40,893 bases of DNA from Candidatus Wildermuthbacteria bacterium RIFCSPHIGHO2_01_FULL_48_25 (GTDB taxonomy: Bacteria; Patescibacteriota; Minisyncoccia; Minisyncoccales; UBA10102): contig MHTR01000023.1 in the NCBI GenBank assembly GCA_001823155.1, positions 1 to 40,893 on the forward strand, read 5' to 3'. Below the pieces are notes generated by a model. The model was not told the DNA's origin. It was given only the letters and a program-made list of their open reading frames with translations, and did no database searches. The position numbers and the translations under genes were made by a program. Positions 1 through 9,840 of the stretch are shown here, piece by piece (position 1 is the first letter of the stretch; every line of letters begins with the position of its first letter).

Positions 1-234
1 CTTATCTCTGTGGTTATAGAGGTATTTCATTTGCAGCTTCGTGAGCTCTGCTTCGTCAAAATTCTCTCCGGTGTGGAACGTGCGGGAAAGAACCTTTCCT
101 GTTTTGAGGTTTTTAATTCGCGCAGATACCGTGGAACTTCCTCTTCCTTGGAACATCATAGAACTCTCCAGCACCTCGTAGGGCTGGCCCTCGAAAAGAA
201 ACTGCACTCCTTTTTTTAATTCTGTGTGTATCAT
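1..234 (-). CDS. efp: Translation elongation factor P (5' part; runs off window edge)
   Basis: Not in ORF track; manual translation MIHTELKKGVQFLFEGQPYEVLESSMMFQGRGSSTVSARIKNLKTGKVLSRTFHTGENFDEAELTKLQMKYLY matches the EF-P N-terminal KOW-like domain; ATG overlaps fmt stop (ATGA 231-234). Confidence 0.92.
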   Translation of the reverse strand, partial: MIHTELKKGVQFLFEGQPYEVLESSMMFQGRGSSTVSARIKNLKTGKVLSRTFHTGENFDEAELTKLQMKYLYNHRDK

Positions 235-1220
235 ACTTTGGAACCAATAATATCTTTATGACCGAGAAGGAACTCCTTGGAACTCATGGGTTTCTTGCCC
301 TCAAGCTGTAGCTCCTCAATAACCAAGGCGCCTTCCCCGCATTGAATAGCAAGTTTTTTATCTTCGGTCAAGAACACCGTGCCAGGAGTGAACTTGGTCG
401 GGCCAAGTTTCGGGAAACTTGGCCCGACCAAGTTCTGTACCAAGTTTCGATTGAACACTGCAACTTTGAGTATTTTCAAGTTATGACCCTTAAACACCGT
501 GAACGTTCCTGGCCAGGGAGTAAACGCACGCATCTGGCACTCAATTTCTTCTGCTGGCCTATTCCAATCGATCTTTCCATCTTCTTTTGCAAAGATTTTG
601 GTATATGTTGCCCTTGAATCATCTTGGGGAATGGCTTGTATCTTACCCTCAACCCATTGCGGAATTGTTTTGATGAGCAACTCTGCTCCCAGCTCCGCAA
701 GTTTATCACGCAACTCTGGAAAGGTTGGTTTTGAAAATTGAAAATTGAAAATTGAAAATTCTTGCTGCGCAAGTATTGGCCCGTGGTCCATTTTCTCATC
801 CAAAAGCATAATGGTAACTCCTGTTTCTTTATCTCCATTGAGAATGGCGGTATGAACAGGCGAGGGGCCTCGGTATGTTGGCAACAAAGAAGGATGAACA
901 TTCAAGGTACCTTTCTTTGGAACGTCTAAAACTTCTTTGGGAAGAATCGCCCCGTACGAAGCTACCACAAACAGATCGGGAATCAAACTTGGCCCGGCCA
1001 AGTTTGAATCAAACTTGGCCGGGCCAAGTTTCACGGGTTGAGCTACTTCCAAAGAATACTTTTGTGCGGCAACTTTCACTGGTGAGGGAGTGAGTTTTAG
1101 ACTTCTTCCAGCAGGTTTATCCGGAGTAGTCACTACCAAAACAGGCTTTGTATTCGCCTGCACAAGTTTTTCTAATACAGTCGCTCCGAACTCAGAAGTT
1201 CCAAAGAAAACAATGTTCAT
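231..1220 (-). CDS. fmt: Methionyl-tRNA formyltransferase
   Basis: MNIVFFGTSEF, PDKPAGR, NVHPSLLPTYRGPSP, MDHGPIL, RAFTPWPG motifs; start placed at 1220 (ATGA overlap with upstream gene). Confidence 0.96.
   Translation of the reverse strand: MNIVFFGTSEFGATVLEKLVQANTKPVLVVTTPDKPAGRSLKLTPSPVKVAAQKYSLEVAQPVKLGPAKFDSNLAGPSLIPDLFVVASYGAILPKEVLDVPKKGTLNVHPSLLPTYRGPSPVHTAILNGDKETGVTIMLLDEKMDHGPILAQQEFSIFNFQFSKPTFPELRDKLAELGAELLIKTIPQWVEGKIQAIPQDDSRATYTKIFAKEDGKIDWNRPAEEIECQMRAFTPWPGTFTVFKGHNLKILKVAVFNRNLVQNLVGPSFPKLGPTKFTPGTVFLTEDKKLAIQCGEGALVIEELQLEGKKPMSSKEFLLGHKDIIGSKV
390..435. repeat. Inverted doublet of 19-bp palindrome AACTTGG-N5-CCAAGTT inside fmt
   Basis: aacttggtcgggccaagtt (391-409) and aacttggcccgaccaagtt (416-434). 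Confidence 0.9.
731..760. repeat. Heptamer tandem repeat (TTGAAAA)x4 inside fmt
   Basis: ttgaaaa at 731, 738, 745, 752; encodes FSIFNFQFS. Confidence 0.9.
986..1030. repeat. Second palindrome doublet inside fmt
   Basis: aacttggcccggccaagtt (986-1004) and aacttggccgggccaagtt (1012-1030). Confidence 0.9.
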
Positions 1221-1672
1221 TTCACGATTCTCCACTCCATCATCGATTCTTTATCCGCAAACTCCAACCATTCTCCTTCGGGAGTAACCACGAACCACTT
1301 TTTCTTGGTTTCAGACCACACCATGGGGTTGTTCCGGTAAAAGGGTTTTTTCACTACTTCTTTTGGCTTCAACCTGTCGAGTTCCAGCCATTTCTTGAAC
1401 ACGGTTTCAATGGCGTAATCCAAGTTTCTCGACTGCGCCCATTCCGCTACCTTGGTTATGGCTTCTTTTGCGTTTTTGACGGAACCTGCCAGATCAATGA
1501 GCTGTTTCGCGGGCCGCACGAAGCGAGAGTAGATGATTTTTTTCTTCTTTGCGTCTTTCTTTATCTGCTCTATAGAAAGTCCCTTGGTGGAAAAGTAATG
1601 GTTTACCACTTCCTGAATAGGGGAGTCATCGGGTTTTTCTTTCTTTGCTGCTGTCTTTTTCGTTTTCTTCAT
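1217..1672 (-). CDS. Hypothetical basic protein
   Basis: 151 aa ORF, host-like codon usage, translationally coupled to fmt, TAAAAT 6 nt upstream of ATG. Confidence 0.8.
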   Translation of the reverse strand: MKKTKKTAAKKEKPDDSPIQEVVNHYFSTKGLSIEQIKKDAKKKKIIYSRFVRPAKQLIDLAGSVKNAKEAITKVAEWAQSRNLDYAIETVFKKWLELDRLKPKEVVKKPFYRNNPMVWSETKKKWFVVTPEGEWLEFADKESMMEWRIVK

Positions 1673-1711
1673 GAATTGATTTTAGCTTAAAAAGTGGTAC
1701 GATTCAATAAT

Positions 1712-2278
1712 ATGCTGCACAGGATTTTTTTGGCAATAAAACTGCAAAAGGGAATGAAGGAACAGCTTCTGGCGTATCGGGAAAAGTGGCCGGAACTGCC
1801 CGCGCGATGGGCAAAGCAAGAAAACCTGCACCTCACCCTGGCATTCTATGGAAATGCCTCAGACCAGGAGCTTGAGGAGATAAAACAGAAAGTGAGAGAA
1901 GTGGCAAGTAAACACAAACCCTTTTCGCTCAAGCTTTCAAAAATAGTGTACGGCCCCAGTGTTTCGCAAGCGCGCATGCTCTGGGCGGTGGGGGACACCA
2001 CACAAGAACTCGCTTCGCTTCAGCAGGAACTCGCCGTGGCTCTCGAGCGCGTAGAAGAAAGGGAATTTTCACTCCACCTCACCCTGGCCCGATTCAACGA
2101 ATGGGAATTTAAGAAAATCAATCCCGAAGAGCGGCCCGAAGTAAACGAGGACATTTCTTTTGAAATCACGGTGCACTCAGTCGACATTATGGAAAGCAAA
2201 CCTAGAAGAGGCGGGGCTGAGTATAGTGTTGTTGAAAGTTGTAAATTGTCCGCCGGCCGGCGGATTGAAAATTCATGA
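1712..2278 (+). CDS. thpR: RNA 2',3'-cyclic phosphodiesterase (2H phosphoesterase, ThpR/LigT-like)
   Basis: RIFLAI start, two HxT motifs (LHLTLAF, LHLTLAR); ATG at 1712 follows TG-G-TACGAT. Confidence 0.9.
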   Translation: MLHRIFLAIKLQKGMKEQLLAYREKWPELPARWAKQENLHLTLAFYGNASDQELEEIKQKVREVASKHKPFSLKLSKIVYGPSVSQARMLWAVGDTTQELASLQQELAVALERVEEREFSLHLTLARFNEWEFKKINPEERPEVNEDISFEITVHSVDIMESKPRRGGAEYSVVESCKLSAGRRIENS

Positions 2279-3585
2279 AGATTCACTTTATTGGTATCGG
2301 CGGTATTGGGGTTTCGGCTCTGGCAAAATATTATCTCCAGAAAGGCTGGGAGGTTTCTGGGTGCGATTTGGTAAGCACCGAGATAACAGACCAATTAAAA
2401 GAAATGGGGATATCGGTTCGCATTGGAGAACCCGACATTTCTTGCGTTCCTGAAAACGCAGACCGGGTTGTCTACAGCCCCGCTGTTCCAATAGACAATA
2501 TCGAGCGGAAAAAGAAGGAAGCGCAGAGTTATCCCGAAGCTCTAGGAGAACTGACAAAAACCCACTACACCATAGCTGTTTCAGGAACGCATGGAAAGAG
2601 CACCACCAGCTCTATGATCGGGCTCCTTTTGGTGAAAGCAGGATTTGACCCAACAATCATTGTCGGCACGAAGTTGAAAGAGCTGAGAGATTCTAACTGC
2701 AGAGTAGGGAAGTCAAAATACCTTGTCATTGAAGCAGACGAGCACTTTGCTTCTTTTTTGAACTACTGGCCCTCCATACTCGTATTAACTACCGTGGAAG
2801 CAGACCATTTGGATTACTACAAAAACCTCAAGAACATTGTTGAAACGTTCAAGAAATACGTAGGGCACTTGCCAGAAGACGGCTGGCTGGTGGCAAACGA
2901 AAACGATAAGAATATTACAGAAATCAGGAGTGTTGCAGACGCTTCACAAACCATGCTGTTCTCGTTAAAGCAGCAGGAAGCAGAAGAGTTGCGAAAACTC
3001 ATGAAAATACCAGGAGAGCACAACGTTACGAACGCCCTGGCTGCTCTTTCTACCGCCCGAATCCTCACCATTCCCGACGATATCTCTTTCAAAGCACTCT
3101 CCGAATACCAAGGCTCCTGGAGGCGGTTTGAGATTTTCCAGCTTAAAAAGCCAAAACCTTACACGTTGGTATCAGACTATGGCCATCATCCAACGGAAAT
3201 AAAGGTGACGGTGGAGGCGGCAAAACAAAAATGGCCGGATAAACCAATATGGCTCGTGTTCCAGCCTCATCAATACCAAAGAACACATCTTCTATGGGAT
3301 GACTTTGTGAACGTATTGTCCAATCTTCCTGTTGAGAAACTCATTATCACAGATATTTACGATGTGGCAGGCAGAGAAGACCCTGTTGCCAAAGCCAATG
3401 TTTCTTCTGAAAAGCTCGTAAGTGCAGTAAGCGCGTACAAGGGTTCGGTGCTGTATCTCAAAAACAATGAGGAAGCAAAAACATACCTCAAAGAAAACCT
3501 CAAAGGAGGTGAAATTGTCATGGTTATGGGAGCAGGGGATATTTATGGATTGACACGTTCGCTTGAAAAAGAGAAAATATCCTAA
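2275..3585 (+). CDS. murC: UDP-N-acetylmuramate--L-alanine ligase
   Basis: IHFIGIGGIGVSALA, GTHGKSTT, EADE, DHLD, DYGHHPTE, FQPH, MGAGDI. Confidence 0.96.
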   Translation: MKIHFIGIGGIGVSALAKYYLQKGWEVSGCDLVSTEITDQLKEMGISVRIGEPDISCVPENADRVVYSPAVPIDNIERKKKEAQSYPEALGELTKTHYTIAVSGTHGKSTTSSMIGLLLVKAGFDPTIIVGTKLKELRDSNCRVGKSKYLVIEADEHFASFLNYWPSILVLTTVEADHLDYYKNLKNIVETFKKYVGHLPEDGWLVANENDKNITEIRSVADASQTMLFSLKQQEAEELRKLMKIPGEHNVTNALAALSTARILTIPDDISFKALSEYQGSWRRFEIFQLKKPKPYTLVSDYGHHPTEIKVTVEAAKQKWPDKPIWLVFQPHQYQRTHLLWDDFVNVLSNLPVEKLIITDIYDVAGREDPVAKANVSSEKLVSAVSAYKGSVLYLKNNEEAKTYLKENLKGGEIVMVMGAGDIYGLTRSLEKEKIS

Positions 3586-3590
3586 TACAT

Positions 3591-4040
3591 ATGACACTTC
3601 TCGTCATCATTCTCTTAATGGTTCTGGTCGCAGTGATTACGTGGTTTTTTGCTTCACGTTCCGCACGAGCAAAAAGAGCTCCCGAACCAATAACGCCTCC
3701 TCCTGTTCAAAAGCCAAAAGTGATTCTACCCATTCCTCCCCGCGTGGCGCAACCTCCTGCTTCCTTCATCGCAAAGAAACCACTTCCGCCCGTTCCTCCT
3801 CCTTCGTATATTCCCAAACCCTTCGTCGCTTCCGCTCCTCAGGGCCTGCGGCCTACACCTCCGATGCCGCCAAAGCCAGTTGCTCCTCCTCTTCCTCAGA
3901 AACCGCCCGTGGCTGCTGAACCGTTAAAACCGTTTGAACCGCCAACAACTCAAAGGCCCATATTAACACCTCCTCCACCACCTCCAACCCCAAAACCCAA
4001 CACGCCCTCCATGCTTCCTAAGCCGCCTATAGGGTCATGA
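3591..4040 (+). CDS. Membrane-anchored proline-rich protein
   Basis: N-terminal hydrophobic helix followed by Pro-rich low-complexity tail; in operon context. Confidence 0.75.
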   Translation: MTLLVIILLMVLVAVITWFFASRSARAKRAPEPITPPPVQKPKVILPIPPRVAQPPASFIAKKPLPPVPPPSYIPKPFVASAPQGLRPTPPMPPKPVAPPLPQKPPVAAEPLKPFEPPTTQRPILTPPPPPPTPKPNTPSMLPKPPIGS

Positions 4041-4444
4041 AAGAAACAGGCCTTATCTTTCTTGGAATTCTTGTTGTGCTCGCAATCAGCGCGGCAGGTT
4101 TCATATTCCTCAAAAACACTGGGTTACTCAACAACCAAACAGTAAACAACCCCTGCGCAGGCGTTGAAGAACCAGAAAGCGGCGTTATGTGCAAAGACGC
4201 AGTCGCAAGAGCCCTGGAACTGCATCCTGGAAGCGTAAACTCTGTTCAGCTCGCCACAACTGAAGTTGAGGGGGGACCAGGAGAAGCTCCTCAAGATGTT
4301 GAGTTGTGGCTTGTGGATATTAATGTTGAGAACCCAATTGAAACCGAATCTGAAATGATGCAGCGCATTATTGTTGCAGTAGAACCTACTCCAGTCCTTG
4401 GCATCGATTCTTTTGTGTACGAATTCTTCTCCTTTGCCCTATGA
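4037..4444 (+). CDS. Membrane-anchored/exported hypothetical protein
   Basis: N-terminal TM segment, Cys pair, acidic domain; ATGA coupling on both sides. Confidence 0.75.
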   Translation: MKETGLIFLGILVVLAISAAGFIFLKNTGLLNNQTVNNPCAGVEEPESGVMCKDAVARALELHPGSVNSVQLATTEVEGGPGEAPQDVELWLVDINVENPIETESEMMQRIIVAVEPTPVLGIDSFVYEFFSFAL

Positions 4445-7400
4445 AATACTTTCCTCTCTTCATACTCGCCTCGTTTGCACTCCTCATAGCTTTGGTTATA
4501 CCAAGCTACGCCTCTGCCCTCCAATGCTCAGCACAACAAACCACACTCACCTTCACAAGTGAAAGATGCTATGACACCGATGGCACCTACATTGGCTGCA
4601 GCGGAAACAAGGTTTGCCAAGCAAACGGATACTGCTATCAACAAAACACCACAACCACAAACTGGTCGTGCCCTGACACCACGTCTGGTTCTTGCAGCTA
4701 TTCGAGCACCTGTGACGAAAGTGGCGATATTACCACCACGTACTCTTTCTGCGGCTCAAGCCCAGGAACCTGCTCTTCTTCTTCTTCCACCGAGTATGGC
4801 GCGTGCAGCAGAAGTACAAACGGCCAGTCGTGCGGCACAAACCAGGTATGTTCTGGCGGAAGCTGTGTAACATCCTGCGTTTCCAACCAAGGACAGAGCT
4901 GTCCCTCTGGCGCAAACGTCTGCGGCCAGACAAACACAGGAACCATTCAATGCGACGGAACCTGCTCGGCATCTACTCCGTCAAACCCGTCAACCTGTAT
5001 AAACAACGTGGGTGAAACCGGGTACCAATGCCCCTCTGGCTGCACCGTAACAGATAAAACCCTTTCTGTTTCAGTAACCGCAACTCCTTCTTCCGGCCCC
5101 GCTCCTTTGAAAAACGTGAAGATAGACGCTTCTGTGGGAGGAACCGCCACAGGAACCATTACCTACAAACTCGACTGCACCAATGACTTAGTGTTTGACG
5201 CAACCGAAACCTCAAGTTCAACATCCTACACCTTTACCAAGAAATGCGACTACGACACGCCCGGAAATTACACCGTGCGCGTGAATGTCACAAGGCAGAC
5301 TCTCAGCGTCAGCAATACCACCTCTGTGAGCACCTCTCTTGCGTGCGACTCCACCTCCTTTACCTCTTGCTCCAACGCGAAAGACTTTGGAAGTGGGGGA
5401 TCCATAGGAGCCATGTGCGGAGCAGATCAATACTATCAAGCCGTAGTTCCCGCGGGAAACACCTGCGATGTTTTGTTCTCGGTAACTCCCGACTCTTCCT
5501 CCGACTACGACTTGTATGTGGAAAACACGGCTGCTGCCTGCCCTTCAACAAGCGCCTGGGATTGCAAGTCAACGAATGGAACTGGAGCGAATGACCAATG
5601 CACGGCAACCCAGCTGGGGCCGGGAGCCTATAAAGCCCTGGTTCATAAATACAGCGGAAGCGGCATATACTCTGTTGCCTCAAGCGTTTATAACTGCAAG
5701 ATAATAAGCCTTACCTTTCCCTCAACCACATGGCAACGGTTATGGTACGACAACCCAAAAACGAACAACTTCAGTGACGCGAGCTTTCTGGGAGAAACCC
5801 CAAATGAATCATCCTTGCGTTTTGATACCGACTGGGGAGGCGGAACTCTCGCGTATTCGAGAAACAATACGGTTGGCTTTAAGTCAAGCAGAAGCATCAC
5901 GGTAAACCAAAGCGGAACCTATCAATTCGTCATCGGTTCTGATGACGGCGCACAACTCTATGTTGACAACTCTTTGATCATCAACCAGTGGGCCGATGGA
6001 AGCTGGCGCACCAGCACCGGAAGCGTTTCTCTCGCGGCCGGGACACACAACCTCGAGCTTAGATATTACGAAAATACGGGGAATGCAAGAGCATTCTTTA
6101 GCCCTGCAGTATCTATAACCGTTGAGCCTACCGCTATTGTGCAGGGAACGCAGATTACTCTTAGCGCGTACTGCGCGGGGAGCGCATGCGAAGGGAGGAC
6201 TGTTTTTTGGAACCATTCCTCGAGCGGGCCAAGCCCGGGAAGTTGTGTTTTGAGCGGCGGCAGGTGCCAAACCACATTTACCACCGCGGGACTTGGAACA
6301 GGAACCGTGAACTTCTGGGGAACCGTTGATATTTCAAACGACGGCGACACGACCGATGCAGGAGAACGTTCCGCAGATGTGCCGGTGACTATTGGTGCCT
6401 GCGCCAAAAACTATGACCTTATTCAGGATTCTATTAAGGTTGTTGTGCCAATCGCCGGAAGCACAAAAGAATGCACTGTCAACATCAATAGTTCAGGGCA
6501 AGACTTGAGCGACAGCAGTAATGTGAAGTACTACTCGCTCCCGTCGGGAAACGTGCGCACTGTGGAAATGGACGACGACCCTATTGGGGCAGGGGACTGC
6601 GACCTTGACCTTAAATGGACAGCATTTTTTGATGCTCCTTTGCAGGGTAAATTAGATATAGAAAGCAGAGCCGTAGAAAAAGAAGCGCTTCAAGGAACTT
6701 GGCCCTTCCAGACACCTCGAGATTTGTCATTTCAATATAATTTAAGTTCTTCGGAGTGTGTGTTTACGAGTTTTTCACCTGGGACTGCTAAAGATGACAC
6801 AAGCAGTTCAGGAGAAAACGCATGGACCAACCCAACTATATCTACAGACAAAAGAGCAGTCGTGAAAAAACACGGCGTCAAAGCCAACTACGGTAGTAAT
6901 GAAACTGAGAAACAAGTGTTCAGCAATCGGCAATTTACTTTAAAGGAGTGTGTTTCAAACGACCAGTGCAACCCTTCCAGCCTCAATCCAAACTCAGATG
7001 CAAGTTCCACTAAACAAATATGCAACATTGATGCGAATGATAATGGGGTAGGGGATATCACAAGTAATTTCTCCCCGAATACATGTATTGATAGCGTATA
7101 CCCAAGTACAAAAATAACAGGGCTTACGTCTTCGGATTCAGGGATTGCGAGAGGAGAAAAAGGTGGATCCGTATGGCTGCGAGGTCGTGACGGCGGAGGA
7201 AACAGACTTTATACCGCAACTGCAGAATTTAAAGACGACGGGGGAGCAGGACTCCAAACCTGTCTTTTCGCTCTTCGCACAGGAACGCCCGCGACAACCG
7301 TAATAACAAGCAATCAATGGTGCAGTGGTACTACGACTACAAAAAGCTTTACATTCAGCGTAGGGCCGACTGGAGATTGCAATACACAAGAACAAGATAA

Positions 7401-7578
7401 TTGCACAGTCTGGGCGTGGGGAATTGATCGTGCCCAAAACAATGAGATATTTGATGCATATCGAAAGCTTTCGAACTCGTCCCAAGAAAAATCATACCTC
7501 GACTCTTCTACGAGTTTCACTGAGCGTATCAACTACCTTGAAATGGGCGTGGACTACACTCCTCCTACTACTCAATAA
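4441..7578 (+). CDS. Large secreted Cys/Ser/Thr-rich surface protein with PKD-like, PPC-like and PA14 domains
   Basis: Signal peptide (ASA); SGPAPL...YDTPGNYTVRVNVT (PKD); SDYDLYV...PGAYKALV (PPC-like); DWGGG..GSDDGAQLYVD..HNLELRYYENTG (PA14). Confidence 0.85.
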   Translation: MKYFPLFILASFALLIALVIPSYASALQCSAQQTTLTFTSERCYDTDGTYIGCSGNKVCQANGYCYQQNTTTTNWSCPDTTSGSCSYSSTCDESGDITTTYSFCGSSPGTCSSSSSTEYGACSRSTNGQSCGTNQVCSGGSCVTSCVSNQGQSCPSGANVCGQTNTGTIQCDGTCSASTPSNPSTCINNVGETGYQCPSGCTVTDKTLSVSVTATPSSGPAPLKNVKIDASVGGTATGTITYKLDCTNDLVFDATETSSSTSYTFTKKCDYDTPGNYTVRVNVTRQTLSVSNTTSVSTSLACDSTSFTSCSNAKDFGSGGSIGAMCGADQYYQAVVPAGNTCDVLFSVTPDSSSDYDLYVENTAAACPSTSAWDCKSTNGTGANDQCTATQLGPGAYKALVHKYSGSGIYSVASSVYNCKIISLTFPSTTWQRLWYDNPKTNNFSDASFLGETPNESSLRFDTDWGGGTLAYSRNNTVGFKSSRSITVNQSGTYQFVIGSDDGAQLYVDNSLIINQWADGSWRTSTGSVSLAAGTHNLELRYYENTGNARAFFSPAVSITVEPTAIVQGTQITLSAYCAGSACEGRTVFWNHSSSGPSPGSCVLSGGRCQTTFTTAGLGTGTVNFWGTVDISNDGDTTDAGERSADVPVTIGACAKNYDLIQDSIKVVVPIAGSTKECTVNINSSGQDLSDSSNVKYYSLPSGNVRTVEMDDDPIGAGDCDLDLKWTAFFDAPLQGKLDIESRAVEKEALQGTWPFQTPRDLSFQYNLSSSECVFTSFSPGTAKDDTSSSGENAWTNPTISTDKRAVVKKHGVKANYGSNETEKQVFSNRQFTLKECVSNDQCNPSSLNPNSDASSTKQICNIDANDNGVGDITSNFSPNTCIDSVYPSTKITGLTSSDSGIARGEKGGSVWLRGRDGGGNRLYTATAEFKDDGGAGLQTCLFALRTGTPATTVITSNQWCSGTTTTKSFTFSVGPTGDCNTQEQDNCTVWAWGIDRAQNNEIFDAYRKLSNSSQEKSYLDSSTSFTERINYLEMGVDYTPPTTQ

Positions 7579-7600
7579 TTTTGATACTCGGCAAAAGAAA

Positions 7601-7639
7601 AACGGCCTTCTCCTTTCTTGAAGAAAGAAGAAGGCCGTT
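7601..7639. terminator. Intrinsic terminator hairpin between convergent genes
   Basis: aacggccttctcctttctt-g-aagaaagaagaaggccgtt with A-tract upstream. Confidence 0.8.
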
Positions 7640-7658
7640 TGCCCGATTTGGGCTTTAC

Positions 7659-8453
7659 TTACGAACGAACAAGGACTTCATACACCTCCTTGATGGTGAA
7701 GATGGAGTCGTTTGGCGCAGTCGTCGCAATGACAATCCGTGACCAATCTCCCTCGTCAAAGACAGTCAACCCTTGGGCACCCCTCAATCCGAGAAGCCTC
7801 AGACCCTTGGTTGGGTCTTTGCTTTCGTTATACCCAGGAGGTGGCGCAAGTTCGCGCCATGTCTTCCCCTCGTCAAGAGAGTAGACAGGCCGATGAATGC
7901 CACGGGTGACGAAGAGACTCTCCGGAGAACAGTTCTCGATGCAGGTGTCATCCGACCACAGTGCGACCCATGTATTCCCATGGGCAACGATGTAGGAAAG
8001 ACCACCTGGATGCCATTTCTCTGGAGTGCTCGGGTACAGGTACGGTGCATCGAGCTGCATGGTCGCAAACAGCGTCTCGTTCAGTTCATTCCAGGCTTCG
8101 CTGGAAAGGAACTCGGCCTTTTGGTCCGGGTTCTTTACAAATTCCGAGCCGGGCTTCCAGATCGGTTCTACGATCGGCACTTTCGCCGATGCAACCGACA
8201 ACTCACTTACTGGAACCGGTGCCCGAGAAGGCACTCGAACAATGCTGGACTGCTCACGTGTCGCAGGAACTGCAGAGTTGCGAGCGCCTGCGAACACAAC
8301 GAACAGAACTGCCACTGCTACTGCGAAAACCGCGACTACCAAGAAAGACATGGCGAGTGGAACAATCCTGTCCCACCGCACATTCTCGAGGCGGTGCCGC
8401 GTTGCTTCGACGTGATCCGAAGCAGCAATCTGCTCCCGAATCTGGTCTAACAT
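7659..8453 (-). CDS. Membrane-anchored hypothetical protein with one Asp-box
   Basis: GGAGGT SD before ATG 8453; TM helix; SLDEGKTW Asp-box; TTGACA-18-TATAAT upstream. Confidence 0.75.
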   Translation of the reverse strand: MLDQIREQIAASDHVEATRHRLENVRWDRIVPLAMSFLVVAVFAVAVAVLFVVFAGARNSAVPATREQSSIVRVPSRAPVPVSELSVASAKVPIVEPIWKPGSEFVKNPDQKAEFLSSEAWNELNETLFATMQLDAPYLYPSTPEKWHPGGLSYIVAHGNTWVALWSDDTCIENCSPESLFVTRGIHRPVYSLDEGKTWRELAPPPGYNESKDPTKGLRLLGLRGAQGLTVFDEGDWSRIVIATTAPNDSIFTIKEVYEVLVRS

Positions 8454-8597
8454 TTGGCACCTCCATGCCACTTATTTGGTTATGTACGGAAAATCTCCGA
8501 ACTAATACAATTATATACCCATTTGTACCTATTTGTCAAGATGGCAATTTAGAGCATAAAAAAGAGGGCTGGTTTTGACACCAACCCCCACCTGTGC

Positions 8598-9620
8598 CTA
8601 CTGTTGGATAAGTCCCGCAAGCACGGCGTTCTCCCGAGAGAGGAGATAAACTGTTCTCCCTGAAGGAGAAATGGAATGAATTATCCACTTTCCCTCAATG
8701 AGAACTGTGCTTGACTGCTGGGTTTCCGGCCAGTCGCCAATCACCTTGCCGTCGCCATTGAGATCTTGTAGGACCACAACGTCTCCAAGGTTCTTGAACA
8801 TCCCGTATCCGCTCCGTTCCTGGAGCGCGAAGAACCTATCGGTTTCCGAAATTCTTCCGACCCGCACACTCACCGTCTGAATGCCTACGCTCACCGCACT
8901 AACTGGTTGAGCCATCTCTGCGACGATGCGAAGGGCAGTCGGGATATCTCCCTCTTCCCCAAAATCAACGGCGTAGGAATTCACCTCGATTGCGTGGCTC
9001 TGCACAAGAGAATACGCGTACGCATCCGCCAGTGAACCGTTGAGCTCTCTGCCAACGTAGAGCGTCCCCGGGTTTTGGAAACCTTCTGGTAAAGGATCTA
9101 TGATGTCAGCCATTATGGCGAGCATGCCTCGAGATCCAACCCTGAAAACTCCGTAGTAACCAACACCCCTTGCCTGCGGAGCATCCTTCATCTCCAGGGG
9201 CTTCTCTCGCGCGAGTGTCTTTTCCTGCCCCGAGTAACCTCCAAGGATGTTGAGGTCTGCGATGTTGTCCCCCGATATATCAATCGTGGTTATGGCAACA
9301 AGAGGCAACGGGGTAGAAGTAGGCGTTGGCGAAGAGACAGACGCGGCAGTCACTTCTACGGTTGGCACCTGCGTAGGTGCCGAAACCACGGTTGCTCCAA
9401 CAGCGGTCTCTGTTGGCTGCGCCAGGGCTGTACCCGTTGGAACGAACACCGGCGTTGCCGTCGGCTGCGTCAACACTCCAGCTGTCGACGAAACTACAGG
9501 CGTAGAATCAACAGTTGAAACCGGCTTATCGCCACCACTCCGCATCACGAGAAAAGCTACTCCCACTGCTACGAACGCAACGAACACTCCGGTCAAAACC
9601 ATTAACGCTTTACGGCTCAT
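8598..9620 (-). CDS. Membrane-anchored protein with Thr/Pro-rich linker
   Basis: GGAGG SD before ATG 9620 (MSRKALMV); TM helix, TP-rich stalk, C-terminal DLNGDG motif. Confidence 0.75.
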   Translation of the reverse strand: MSRKALMVLTGVFVAFVAVGVAFLVMRSGGDKPVSTVDSTPVVSSTAGVLTQPTATPVFVPTGTALAQPTETAVGATVVSAPTQVPTVEVTAASVSSPTPTSTPLPLVAITTIDISGDNIADLNILGGYSGQEKTLAREKPLEMKDAPQARGVGYYGVFRVGSRGMLAIMADIIDPLPEGFQNPGTLYVGRELNGSLADAYAYSLVQSHAIEVNSYAVDFGEEGDIPTALRIVAEMAQPVSAVSVGIQTVSVRVGRISETDRFFALQERSGYGMFKNLGDVVVLQDLNGDGKVIGDWPETQQSSTVLIEGKWIIHSISPSGRTVYLLSRENAVLAGLIQQ

Positions 9621-9748
9621 GGGTATCCCTCCCCAATACTGAACCTCGCCAGAACATATAACCCGAGATCCGCCATCCACCAACTGGCAGAGCAGACTTC
9701 TCGTAACTACCTCCAGCGAACCATAAATAAAGTCACCTGTCAATTCCA

Positions 9749-9767
9749 AACTAGGGTTACCCTAATT
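9749..9767. repeat. Intergenic 19-bp palindrome singlet
   Basis: aactagggttaccctaatt between divergent accessory genes; half copy at 9783. Confidence 0.75.
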
Positions 9768-9840
9768 TGGATAATTTGGCGAAACTAGGGTATAGTGTGC
9801 GAAGGGTACAAAAGCACATTACACAAAGAAAGGACAGGCG

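Noticed and set aside
390-1030. Palindromic repeats as a CRISPR array
   Set aside because: No regular repeat-spacer periodicity, copies lie within coding genes, no cas genes
3660-4030. CCT/CCA-rich tract as DNA repeat element
   Set aside because: Explained by proline codons of a low-complexity protein
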